In this document: positions 50,718 to 62,800 of the stretch, piece after piece
Position numbering within the stretch: the first letter of the stretch is position 1
How the letters are laid out: every line of letters starts with the position of its first letter
Origin: Ascidiella aspersa
Lineage: Eukaryota
Reading direction: 5' to 3'
NCBI GenBank assembly: GCA_963924565.1
Contig: OZ004612.1
Span: forward strand, 8,866,001 to 8,930,000
Length of the DNA: 64,000 nt
Made by a program: the position numbers and the translations under genes
The notes under the pieces: generated by a model
Database searches by the model: none
Seen by the model: the letters and a program-made list of their open reading frames with translations, nothing else
Told to the model about the DNA's origin: nothing

Positions 50718-52120
50718 CTGAAAATACTAGATTAAAAAAATCCTTTGTTTTTGCACTGCAAATACATGCTATATCATTGTTTGTTTATCTGTGGCCAAAA
50801 TTAAAAACAATGTGATCTTTTTATTATACAAAATACGACACATTCGTTGCAGCTTTAATTATGTAAACATGTTAAAGCTCACTGACACTACGCTGAGAAC
50901 ATTTAGGAAAAGTGGCATTATGCAAAATATATCGAGGGATAATTTATTTGACTCCGGGCATATAGTTACAACGGTCATATCTCATTTCGACCAACTCTTA
51001 TTTGATTGTTATGGTCCTAGCTTTATCAGATGAACAAAATTGCGAAATTATAAATAATTTTCTACTGATATTTACACAAACAATAAAGTTTGCATGTTTT
51101 AATTTTTCGATGTGCTTTGACAAAACACTCGTTACGGTGCAATGCTTGTCGGTAAACATTGAAAGTCCTGGCGAGAAAACTTAACGCGATGGGCAAATTT
51201 AAATAGAAAATTTGCACAGAAAATAAAAACGGCAAACTATGTTTTGCGTACAATTTCACGGCAGTGACGACTGTTGGCCAATTTTCGCCAACCACATCAC
51301 ACGTCGCGCTCAGCGACATCGACAGAAAAGCTATTTTCAGGGAAAGTGTTTTTGTTAGCGCAAGCGACCCATTTAATCGATGGAACGGAATTTAAAGCAG
51401 GGCTTCTTTAAAAATAACGTCCAAACGCAGTTGCAGCGCTTAAGTGGATGGCTTTTGCAGCGAAGCAACGCCGCTTATTGTCACAACAACTTCGCAAGCC
51501 AAATAAACTACAGAGGTTTGTTATGGTTTGCCCATGTCGGGGCATAACTTTGCCGCGCACCGCAAATTGGCATTTGCAGAAATACCGCAGACGCCGCGCT
51601 CAGAGTATGAAAACAAAACATTGCCAATGAGCCTTTCGTAAGCCGAAAGAGCATCATTAAGGCCTTGGCGATTGAGGCCCGCGTGTTTGCTTGGGCGAAT
51701 CGGTCGTGTTTATCCAATTTCGCTGCTTTTTTGCCAAATTGTGGCCGGGATTGACGCACGTCGCCAGTTGGAAATGCAAACGAGGCCTTGAATTTACCGG
51801 AAACCCTCTCTGCGTAGAAGGCCTTTCCGCAAAAGAAGACTTAGATAAGTCGTCCTATTCTCCGCGCCTACTGAGTAGGAGTGAACATGTGCGAATTGCG
51901 ATTTGATAGGGCGCGATTGTTTAAACCAACATTGGCCTTGGTCATTACCAGTGTGTAGCTAATCATTACCCAATACTGTGCATTGACGTAAAGCAATGTA
52001 AAGTAACCTAGGGTATAGTCAAAATTATAAAGGCATTACACTGTCATGAAGTTGCTGTGTCTCGGCGAGGCATATTTGAGCAAGAAATAAAAGTTGAGCA
52101 AACACGTGTACCGATTAGAC

Positions 52121-52455
52121 TAGGGATTCTTAAACTGGGGTTCATGGACCCCTTGGGGGTTCGTGAAATTGTTTTAGGGGTCCGTGTAAGCCTAGGTAAA
52201 AGATTAGTGTTTATTTGAGAAGTAATCAAATTAAAAAAAAATAGTTTAATTAAAAATAAAACATTATTGCACCGAATGTATAAAGACTTTATTTCACTTT
52301 CACATTTTTGTACCGAAACATCAGATTTCTAAAGCTCATTTGTATTGTGAAGTAAATTTATGACGTCATCTCTAAAAATTTTTTCCCCTAATGTGGTCCA
52401 TGCGAAGCTAAGAATTTTTTTAGGGTCTGCGGTAAAAAAAGTTTAAGAACCCCTG
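52121..52455. mobile_element. hAT (Charlie-like) MITE
   Basis: TIR tAGGGaTTCTTAAACT / AGTTTAAGAACCCCTG; TSD gattagac/gaatagac. Confidence 0.85.
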
Positions 52456-55400
52456 GAATAGACAAAGCATTTCGTCACGATTTTTGAACAATGGCGGACG
52501 GCCTGTCTATTGTAAAGCAGTCAAAGCACATACAATCAAAAACAAAAGTTGGACAGGGTATGTTTCACCAAATTTAGAGCGTCGCTAAAACAAAAGCCTT
52601 TCGCGTCTGTTCCGTGATGTTTGTAGATCGCAAACGCATCTATAGGTATTCTAGTCGTGCCAATATTTATAGCATGCCATAGGCATCTAAGCAGTACTCT
52701 ATGTCCGTATACTGGAGGACGTCGGTTTAATAGGCAGACGTCCAATCAACAGTCGAGTCACGAAGCTGCCTTGACGACCTATACAGTCTCGAGCCTTTAG
52801 ACAGCGCCCATATATTGTGCTGTGAACCACGGTGTATCACTGCATACGCCTTACGTGAACGTCTGGACTTCATACGCCGCATTTAGACACAGTCATACCG
52901 GTCGGCCCCAAAAGTAAAAGTGGTAATAGTTTTCCACGTCAAAGGGCGAACTGCGACGAACCCCGATATTGCCCTTTGCCCCACAAGACGAAGGGTGACT
53001 GTACGTTCTATTCCAATCCATGCAGAGTTGTGATTTCACTTGCGCGCCGCTGAATAATGAATGTCCTACGTACACTCGTCTAGTCGACGTAAAAACAGGT
53101 AACCTTCTATAACCCACAGAATTATTTTACCTTGATTCAAGTTTTACTATGTGAATTGTTACGAGGCCAACTGATTGATGCCATCTGTTAAAAATTACAA
53201 AGTTCGCTTTTATATCTTTTTGGCCAATATATCGCTTTTACATTTTTTATTTAGTTTATATTTTGCTTGGGTTCTCTTTTACGCACTACAGAAAATGATA
53301 TTTTGTAAGGAGATAAATATTACTATTTGGTAACTCACAACGTCCTAATTCAAACTTGAATTTACTTAAAAAAAGGTCGCATAATACTCAGTGGGCACCA
53401 GGCCTTTTTTCCAATGTTATACATGCTGCTCTCATAATTGAATTAATTAATTTAGCTGCACGATTCACTCTTTTTCATTAAATATATGTGACTTTTAAAC
53501 ACAACAAATACTTATCTGATCAGCTCTAGTATAGCGCACGTGTTAAGCGAAGGTCAAATTAATTCTTTGGGATTCAATAGCATTCCAGTAGGGCAAAGAC
53601 GTCACGCGCATTAACTAAATTGCCACGCTTTTGTGTAAAAAATGCCACGGATCATCTACAATCGGTCACATTTGATGACCGCGCGTGTGTGCATGTAATG
53701 TAGCGTTGCGGAATGCTCAACGGTTGGCGTAAATACGTGACACCGGTCCCAATGGTATGACGTCGATACGACGGTATACGTTAGCATTGGTATTTACCGA
53801 CCCTACCGTGCACCAACCACAGAACGAATACACTTTTTAATTATACAGGAGCCAATAAACGATAACATGTTTACGCTGAGCCAAAAATGCCGCACGCCGC
53901 GAAGCTTTTAGGTGGTCAAAAATAAAAAGCGTCGAATAGATTCAGCCTACGTACGCGGCAATCGATTTGACCGAAATAAGTGTACGGCGCGACCCCTGGC
54001 AAATTGAAGCGACCTGAAAATTTCGATCAGATTAATAACTGCACTAAGTAATTCGATAGGGAAGGCATTTCTCCTAGAGTAAAAAATCCCGGCACCGTGT
54101 GGTATTTTATTGTTATATAATGTTAGTTTAATGAACATCATTTGCCCATTTTATGACTATTCATTTGTTTTGCGTCATTGTGATTAAATAAACCGAATTA
54201 TTTTTTTTTAAAGTTGAATTATTATTTACAGATTCTTTTCTCAAACAATTGTTTTTAAAAAGCTTTAATTTAAAGTCTACAGTCTACTGTGCGGATTGCG
54301 CCATCCCAAAAATACGATCACTTTCCCCTTATTATAAAACAAGTGCGATTTCATAGTCTCTAATGTTTTAGCAAATTTCTACAAGTTGACAGGATACACT
54401 CAGTATAGCCTTGGAAACCGTTCGGTGATTGTTTGTTTATTTTCGCCGCGGCGCCTATTCCTACGTAGTAAGCGGGAACAAAAAGCGCCCCAACAAATCG
54501 CCGTTTATTTGCGCCCGGAATCGACTGGTTATTTAGCGCTCAGGCTGACGCGCGGCAAATTTCGCGACGAAATTAATCATAAAAAAAACGACGACGGGGC
54601 AAACTTTCGCCGCGCGTACCCCAGGCGCTGCGAAAGGCTCGAGGGGCACCGCTGTCAATCGCGCAGGCCTCGCAGGGGCCGTGACGTAGGTGGTCGGCGG
54701 CGTGACGTCAAGGGTCGCGTGGCGGCGTGTTCGATTGATAAGCGGGCCGGCTTAGGGCGAGCGCTGTTGGCTGGCTTGCTGTGACGACCGCCGGGACTGT
54801 GTTGAAGAAAACACTGGGAAAGCGTGCGCGACGAATGCCGAAAGGAAAAGCGGCACCTGCGTTTGCCAAATGCCGCGAGATAAAGCGAACCCGGAACTAC
54901 GCAGATAAAAAAAGATCTGGCTTTGAATGTAAATCGGCCGGCACCCTTTTTCTACTTGTTTACCGGCTTTTTACCCAATCCCAATGGCCACTTCAAGGCC
55001 TGCTTGTACAGTTCCAAGCTCTCTTTCTTTCATCGCCTGTTAAAACGGCCATAGAGACCAGCCAAAGGCCTCGATACGCGTTTTGACGGGTTTGGCGTCA
55101 GCACAATAAGCTGACGACTGACGGGTGACGTGGAAACAACATGTTTTCTAGTCGCCGGTTTCGCAAGTTTGCGCGTTTGCTGCAGGCTTGGCATTTTCAC
55201 TTTCGCTTGCCATGTAGAAGTGTTGCTGCAAGTCACGGCAGAAGAAAACATTTAGCACTTTAAAGCCCTGTTTTTTTTTGTCGCGTAGATTTCATTACGG
55301 AAGGAAAACTATCGCCATTTCTAATAAATGATTCACGTAGCCGTAATCCTAATTCAAGATCCCCTGTTTTCCCTAATGAACAATGTGTTGTCTTTGGGTG

Positions 55401-56617
55401 GTGTTCTGGTGCCTTTGACGCTTTGGGAATTTACGCACTATCGCGCGAAAAATCACTTAGGCTGCTTGTTTACTTTCCAAGTTAGAAAATTCGCATAAAT
55501 TCCTGCACAATAACACTTTCGACGAAAAGCGTGCCCCTTATTCGAAAAACAAAACAAAGCAAAGCAAATGTGTAATCAAGATAACTTGGAAGTGAGTTTA
55601 TTTCAAGAAACAACCTCTTTTACAATTAATCGTACATTATATTTATCATCGGAAACATATTTTATAACTTAAAAGCTTGTTAGCGTATATACGGAGCACG
55701 TACCCACTTAACGAGATTTAAACCTAAATAACGCTAAATATAAATATAAATGGCCTATCTTTTTAAACCAGGCTGTTTTCGACGATTATTTTTGCGAACG
55801 GTCTAAGTCGCCAACAGTGTGTCAAATACGTTCATTGTGAGCCGTGCAGCCCATACGCAGTAGTAGGCCCTAATGTGCTTGCTGTGCATTAAACTGGGGT
55901 TAAGGCGGGTTTACCTAACTAAGAATACGCGGATAATTTCCGCACTCCGCTATTGAAATGTTCTGCCCAAAACTTCAAAGTACTGCGTGTGCACCCAGTT
56001 GAACCAGAACCACGGCACGCTAATTGCGTTAATATTAAAATCATGAACCGGCGTCAACCGACCGATTCCTTACATTTTTACTGGGATAATATTACCGGAA
56101 CCTTTGATGAAACGTTGCCGGAAAATGGCATTTGGCCCAACCTTTTGAATGTATCATAAAGCTTGATAGCTTGCGTGCGTACTTTAATTTACCAGGTAGT
56201 CTATATCCAGGGCATTTCCTAGGTAGGCCTAATCGGCATGTATCGGTCATCCAGTTCCACATTAAAACTTTCCAGTGCATTTTTGATACTGCGAAATGGG
56301 CAACTTTCCCCAAAATTGTCGCCGGAGCAAATATTGTGCGCAGAAGTCACAAGTTTTTGGCCGGCTGTAAATCTGGCGGAAATTTACCGTTGATTTACTG
56401 GAGACTTTCTGCTGTACTGAAGCCTAGCAGCTAGTAAGGCTAGACGGCGTCACGTGCCTGAAAAGCCCCGTCTCGTTCTGTTTTTCTCTTTGCGTTGCGC
56501 ATCGAAGAGCTGGCCATATATAAGCCCGCGCACAGCGCCAGTTCGGTTATACAGCTCTTGTTGCTGCTGCTACGTGTACGTACGCCGAATATGTTTTTGT
56601 ATGTTCAGCGTCCAATT

Positions 56618-56692
56618 ATGGATTTACCGACAATATGTTTTGTTGCCGCGGGATGCAACGAAATTCAAGCTTCCAAGCAAAAGTACAAGTGA
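56618..56692 (+). CDS. Putative micropeptide/uORF MDLPTICFVAAGCNEIQASKQKYK* (24 aa; an in-frame ATG at 56591 gives 33 aa)
   Basis: Kozak ATTATGG; ends AAG TAC AAG TGA. Confidence 0.5.
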   Translation: MDLPTICFVAAGCNEIQASKQKYK

Positions 56693-56795
56693 CGAACTGC
56701 GCTAACGCAATGGATTAATAACTATCCTGAGAAGAAACGTTTTTCATAGAAGATAATCTTCTGAAGTTCATAACGGGACTGTCGACGACTTTCAG

Positions 56796-57048
56796 CGGGG
56801 TCAACGTATACCCAAATACGGACGATTTCGAGATACAATCAGGGATTGCTTAAACGCATGAGGTTTATCTCGAAACAGGCTCAAGCCAGGATCGGGCGCC
56901 TTCACCCAAAAAGGCCGGGATTCGAGCGAGCCTGCCACCGCCAGCAAGTTGTCAACGAAGCAGTCTACAGTTGAACTTGACCAGTTCTGCAACAGCAAAG
57001 TCTCGGGGATTCAAGCACTTGATGAGAGACACCACAGCTTTGCAGAAC
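56796..57048 (+). ncRNA. Conserved structured core, copy E
   Basis: H1 56826-35/56866-75 (10 WC bp); H2 56876-82/56928-34; H3 56945-56979; H4 56984-92/57040-48 (9 WC bp). Confidence 0.6.
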
Positions 57049-57687
57049 GCATGAGTCAATTTCAAAGAACAAACGACGAAAAGTACAACTGCCCAAACTC
57101 AGCCAATGTGAGCTGACGACTGGATGCCAGTTGTAAAGGAAAAGTCTATCATACCAAAGCTACAGCAGATTCATTGCGAATTCTGCCTTGATGAACAAGT
57201 CGCAGCACCTTACCTGCGACCATCAAAGCTTGTTGCCTAGATGTGCTCTTCATTTTATATATTTATTTATTACCATTTTCCAAATGGTTCTTCGTTTGTT
57301 GTATTTTTCGTGCTGTGACAATTGTGCCATGTAATTGAAAGTTTGTGTCGTGTTTTGCTATTTTATTAAAAAAAACATCTAAGCAAAGTTGATTGTGTCC
57401 GCGTGTTTGGTCGACAGTACAACGTAGGCTAGGGCTAGAAAGCTTAGCACAGCAGTGAGCGCTGTTGTGCGTAGGCCTGTGACTTTCCAATTAGTCACCC
57501 CATAACTCGTTTTAGAAAGGGCCTAGTGCTAATTATAAACAACAATAACGGTTTCGAGCGTGTCTATGATATTCAGCTGCAAAGGACACAGCGGGGAATT
57601 TTGAAACAGTTTCAATTAGGGTCAATGCGCAGCATTTATAGAATTAGGTTTTTAAAACGAACGGAATTGTGACAGTATAGTGTACAT

Positions 57688-57945
57688 CAGTGGTTCTCAT
57701 TCCGGGCCGAGAGATTTTTGAGAATCTTTAGGAATCTGATTTTTGCTCAACCTTTAGAACTTTTTGTGTAAATTACAGCTGACTAAATCCAATTGTAAAT
57801 TCCTACGTTGTGTAGAGGCAATGTGTACAGTTCTGTTTATTGTGACATACTAGCGAATTGCTTACGGAAAATTTTTGTAGGGGAGTCGCAAGCCATTTAT
57901 TATTTCTGAAGGGTGCCGCTAGCGATAAAAGGCTGCGAAGCACTG
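57688..57945. mobile_element. hAT (Charlie-like) MITE, same family as 62986-63289
   Basis: CAGTGGTTCTCA left end, CACTG right end, TSD gtgtacat/gtgtacac, internal homology to the 63 kb copy. Confidence 0.85.
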
Positions 57946-59582
57946 GTGTACACTTTTCGAAGCAGCGCAATTAAATCTGAGAGCAGTTGCAAACCGAATA
58001 AATTTGCGGCAATAGGAAGAGCTGTAATTAGGCTCAGTTGACTGCAAGGTTAATTTGAGGGCTATGGCCGGCCGTGAAATCTAATTGCAGCCTCTCGAAA
58101 GCGATTTCACAAAATCACAGCCTCTGATACAATAGGAACGGCGCCGAAATCACCGGGTGGGTTAAACGGCGGCAAAACACTGAGGCGGAAATCGGCAAAG
58201 GGCTTCGACGAAATGCCCAATTTCGCCTTGGATTTCCGTAAACTACAGGGCTTGTAAGGAAACGCAGGCGGCAATCAAACAAGAGGCAGCAATTGTCGCT
58301 TGGACAAAGGCTGAAGTCGCCAGACCGTGACGCCTTCCGACAGAGATTAGAGGTTTTCGTTTTGTCTTGCTGCGAAAACCAAAATGACAATTTGTGTAGG
58401 TTGTTGTAGGAAGGACGCGCTTGTGATTTGCCAGCTTAAGAAATCCCGGCCTGCTGACAGTAATCGGCCAAACACTTCCTGCCTACCATGGTCAGGTTAC
58501 GGAAAGCTGGCATCCGTTTAATTGTGCGATTTGCATTACGGAAAACGCTACTTGGCAATGTCGGGCTCTCGACTCCCATGTTACTCGATAGCGCCGAAGG
58601 GAAGTTGCAGTGAGTTTCTCTCGTTCAGAGTTGCCGCCTCCCAAACCGGTGTTGACTCTGTTTGCGCGTGAATCATTACGTAGGAATACCAAACTCGCCG
58701 GCTTGGTTTGGTGGCTGTTTAAGTTCCAACGCCAAGGACCTGTCTCACCTCTGCGTATGACACATTCAGCGGTTTTGAAACCCCTTATTTGGCTTCGGCA
58801 ATTTTAGTTTAGTAAATTGGTGATATCTAGCGATGGCCATACACCTTTTTTCTGGTTCCACTTGAAAATCAGCCTTTGGTATTGTTACTTTTGCACCCGA
58901 TTTCAAACAGAGCTTGACCTATGAAAAGCAGTCGAACACGTTAGGGCGCTTTTTTAATGCTGTGTTTGCCTTATTATAATTTGGTTTAACTTTAACCTTG
59001 TCGAGCTACATTGCAGTCAGGCCACCGCCGGGCGATTCACGCTGCTAAATTAAGGCCTTAATCTTGTCGGTGGGCGTACAGCAGACGCAGGCAGCGCAAC
59101 TTCTCCAAGCGGCTTTCGGACGCAAAAATATCCATTCGACGCCGCTAAGCCCCGAGGCTTATTCGGCCGCATCAGATTTTCGCGCAAAATTAATCTCGAC
59201 GAACAGAAAAGCGCCGTTTGACGCAGGACAACAGAATGCTGCTTTTGGCCGCTAAACGCGTATCCCGGCTCCCGCGTTAGCTCGGAACCGGGAAATCGGC
59301 TATTTTTTGCCGCTGCAACTTTAAAAGTAGCGTCAGCAAAGCGTCACGAAACTGAATCACGAAGTTGGTCGCGAAGGGAGCGCAAATCGGAACTGGGAAG
59401 GAAACAGGTCGTTGTCCGACTTAGAATAGCTGTGTGTGTTTTCTTGCGCCTTGTCGTTTGGCCCTAGTAAGCCCAGACATTTGTGATTCAATCGGTTTTC
59501 CGGTCTTCGTCGCAAATTTGCATGAAACTTGTTGCGTGGCTTTTTCCCCGGGACACCGCTAATAATAATTCGCGACGGTAAA

Positions 59583-59882
59583 GCTACAAACGTATATAGG
59601 AAAACACATTGACTGCGGATACGGCAATATGCTAATTTTCGGAAGTTCGTATTATTTTAAGGACTTAATAAATATTTGTTGGGCCTCTGTTCAAAAATCT
59701 TCAAAAGGGAGTGTCGCTATTTACAGTACGTAGGGCTACAACGCGTAGGAAAACCAATAATTAACTGCGGATATTGCAATATTCTAATTTTCGGAAGTTC
59801 ATATTTATTTTAAGGACTTAATAAATATTTGTTAGGCCTCTGTTTAAAATCTTTTCAAAAGGAGTGTCGTTATTTACAGCAC
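59583..59882. repeat. Tandem duplication, ~152-bp unit x2
   Basis: ctaattttcggaagttc...ttttaaggacttaataaatatttgtt is duplicated. Confidence 0.9.
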
Positions 59883-62800
59883 AACATTCATGTAAAACTG
59901 TTAGCATATCTTTACTCGTTTTCTTTGAATGTAGGTTTGGGCTGCAGCGTTCTACCATGCTGACCAACCAGTGTTTTTTTGGTCTGCAAACCCTTTTTCC
60001 AGGTAACCTGCTCGTTTCCTCCTTTAAGCGGGGCGGGCGATGTCAACAAAAATAAACAGCTTAACCGAAATCGCGCGCATCGAGCAAAATATCGGGGTTT
60101 GGCTCGCTCCCCCACCCATGATACGGCGGCCAGTGTACACAAACAACTCACTAACGCGCAAACTGTTGAACACTTTTATCGCCCGGTGCCTAGCCTTCAC
60201 ACTGCGCCCAGTTCACCGTTTGGTCGTATTGTATAACTTGATAGTGCGCTTATCGGCACGTTTAAGGCCCAAAACGGATCCGGGTCTCGGAAAATAACGC
60301 TTGTAGATTGGCGCGATGCGACCAGGCCCAGTCCTTGTATTCAGATCTGATCGTTTCGGCCAAATGCTAATAAGGTACGCCCGTGTTGTTCTGGTGCCTG
60401 AAGGCGGCGCTGAATTTAAATAGAGAGAAGTTTCTCTCGTGCTGGCACCAACTGTACAAGTCCTAATCGATTGCTGTTTGGCCTCGTGGCGGAATGGACA
60501 CGCAAAGCATTTTTTTTATTGCTGCCCAACAAAAGTCGTACCTGATATTTGGAAGTACCGGCCGGTACAAACTACTATTTCATGAAACTCGTTTCGGCAT
60601 TATGCCTAGTTTCTTCTTCAATTATAAAGGCATCTAAAAGCAACTGATAAAGATTAAATAACACAAAACAAGTAACCTTCAGCATTTAGATTAAACAAGT
60701 AATGAAACTGAAAGCAAATATATTAAATTGCAGTTCGTGCTGGCATATTAGCAGTTTTGTAGTTTGAAATAAACCCAATTTAACTAAATCTAATTTAGAT
60801 AGCAGATTTGAGGCAAGAATTAAATGTTGGGTAAGTTCATGGGATAAAGTGCAGCGCGTTTAGTTTGCCAGTTATTGGCAAGAAATCCTTCGAGGAGCTT
60901 TGAGGGTTAAGGCGGTCGCCCACTTCAAACTTGACAAGCCCAACTCCTTAAGGTAAACAAAAAAGAAAGGCTGGCGCTGAGAAGACCCGGACTTGAAAGC
61001 AAGGCAGGGCTGTCGGCGGCATGTCTATGATCGTTCAAGCGTGAAATATCACCGCTCAGCCGCTGTCACGTGACGTTGTCAGACTTTACAGTTGTACACA
61101 ACTGAACGCCGTGTTCAGCCCAGCCTTCAAAGCGCATTTTGCCGCCAAGCGAGCGAGCGATTGTTGTCGCTACGCTTGGCTGAAGCGCGCGGCTCGCTTT
61201 GATTTTCCAACGGCCGTCAGAGGCAAGCATTCGGGTTGCACTCGGCTAGGTTAAAAGGAAGGGAACGGAAGGCATGTGTGAGTCACACAGGTACAGCACC
61301 CTGCACTTCCCATTAACTTGTGTTGTGTTTACAGCGGCTATCGCCCCGTCGGGCGAGTAACAGCGTTTGTGACCTTGGTAATACACGCCTATAGCTTTCC
61401 CACTGACTGTGCCCTAATAGTGTGTAAGGCGACACTCTCCTATACACTCCTTTGAAGATATTTTTAGAGCTGTAGGCGACACCCATTCCCCGCCTGACAG
61501 TCACTCACTACAAAGTTAAATGATCGACGTCCTGTTAACATAAAAGGAATTGGATTGAGTTTCACACTACAGGTTATTAAAAAATTGCCTCAAATAAAGA
61601 ACTTTGGCACGTTTTTTTTATTTTGGGAGCCATCGCTATTATTTTGAAGATTGAACAATAAGAATCAGATTGTTTTGATAGTCGCACCTTGTAATATTTA
61701 TATATATTCTGTCGAGTCACTTTAAAAGTAGCGTGGAGATATCTGGCTGGATTTGTAAATGCTGGTGGGTTTGTTTTTTCAACCCTCGCATTTCCCCAAT
61801 TGTCATGACTCCGCGATTTCAAATTCAAACAATCGATAGACATGACTGTGCAAATTCGAAAGGTCGAGTCATTGCAGCTGTAAACACAAGTATTTGAATG
61901 CGGGACTAAAACGTAACTTATGACGACATTTGTACGCGTTTCCAGGCCAGAATATCGATTTTTCCTGTTCGATGTTCGTATAAGGCAACTTAAAGCGCAT
62001 TCTAGACCGACACCTTAGCGTCCTTTGCAGCACGACGCCGCACTTCCGAATCGGCGACACCTAAACATGGCGATTTCTATCGACCCTGTCATCGATTTGA
62101 TCGATCACATGACGCACACGACGCTATCGGGCGCTAGAATTTGAATGTAAACAAACAAGAAACGTAGTAAACAAAACAAATGCGCCGAAGTGTCACGCCC
62201 ATCTAGCCTCGCAGCCCGCAGCCTTGGCTCCCGCACGGGAAGTAGCCTTTGCTCGTTGCAACCGCCCCCTAAACGCCCTCAAAACATCGAACAAACAGCA
62301 GTGCTAATCACGCCCTCTCTCGTTTTGCTTCTGCGAAACACGACACCTCCTCAAATGGGCGTTTGTCACTCGATGAAGCGACACACGCAAGATACGCCTG
62401 GCCATTTTAGGTCATACAGATTCGACCGGTTGCCGACTGCTGTTTACTTTACGGAAGCGGCGGGCGGCTTTGAAATTTGTCGTTACTAATAGGCGCGGCA
62501 TTTGTATTGCCCACCTTTTTGGCCCAACAGCATGTCGCCTATTGCATTTCTCGCTCTGATCCACGCGGCGAGTGTACAAACATTCTACTTGAGTGTCAGA
62601 CTGTCCATTGTTGTGAACGTCTGACGGACACCCAGGTCTCTTGTGTGAAGGAGCGATCGATTCCCACGCTCGCTGATTCACGACAGATGTCGTCGGTCCG
62701 CGTCCCACGTTCTATTCCCGTAAACCATACGCCAGTGTAAACTTCCCGCTTGCTGCTCGCCAGGTGCGTTATCCTACCGTTTTGGCTTGGCATGATTTGC

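Larger units (their letters stand above)
56517..57375 (+). other. Paralogous transcription unit E
   Basis: TATATAAG at 56517, KYK* ORF, core at 56796-57048, AU-rich tail with ATTAAA at 57365. The leader ttgctgctgctacgtgtacg is homologous to the unit A leader ctgccgccgctacgcgtatg. Confidence 0.65.

Noticed and set aside
56796-56945. Hammerhead ribozyme-like arrangement (CGGACGA...GAAAC-stem-GCC)
   Set aside because: Catalytic core positions deviate: no CUGANGA, C instead of U at 16.1, and extra bases.
57019-57116. Box C/D snoRNA (TGATGA...CTGA)
   Set aside because: No terminal stem, and the D-box region is absent in copies A and B.
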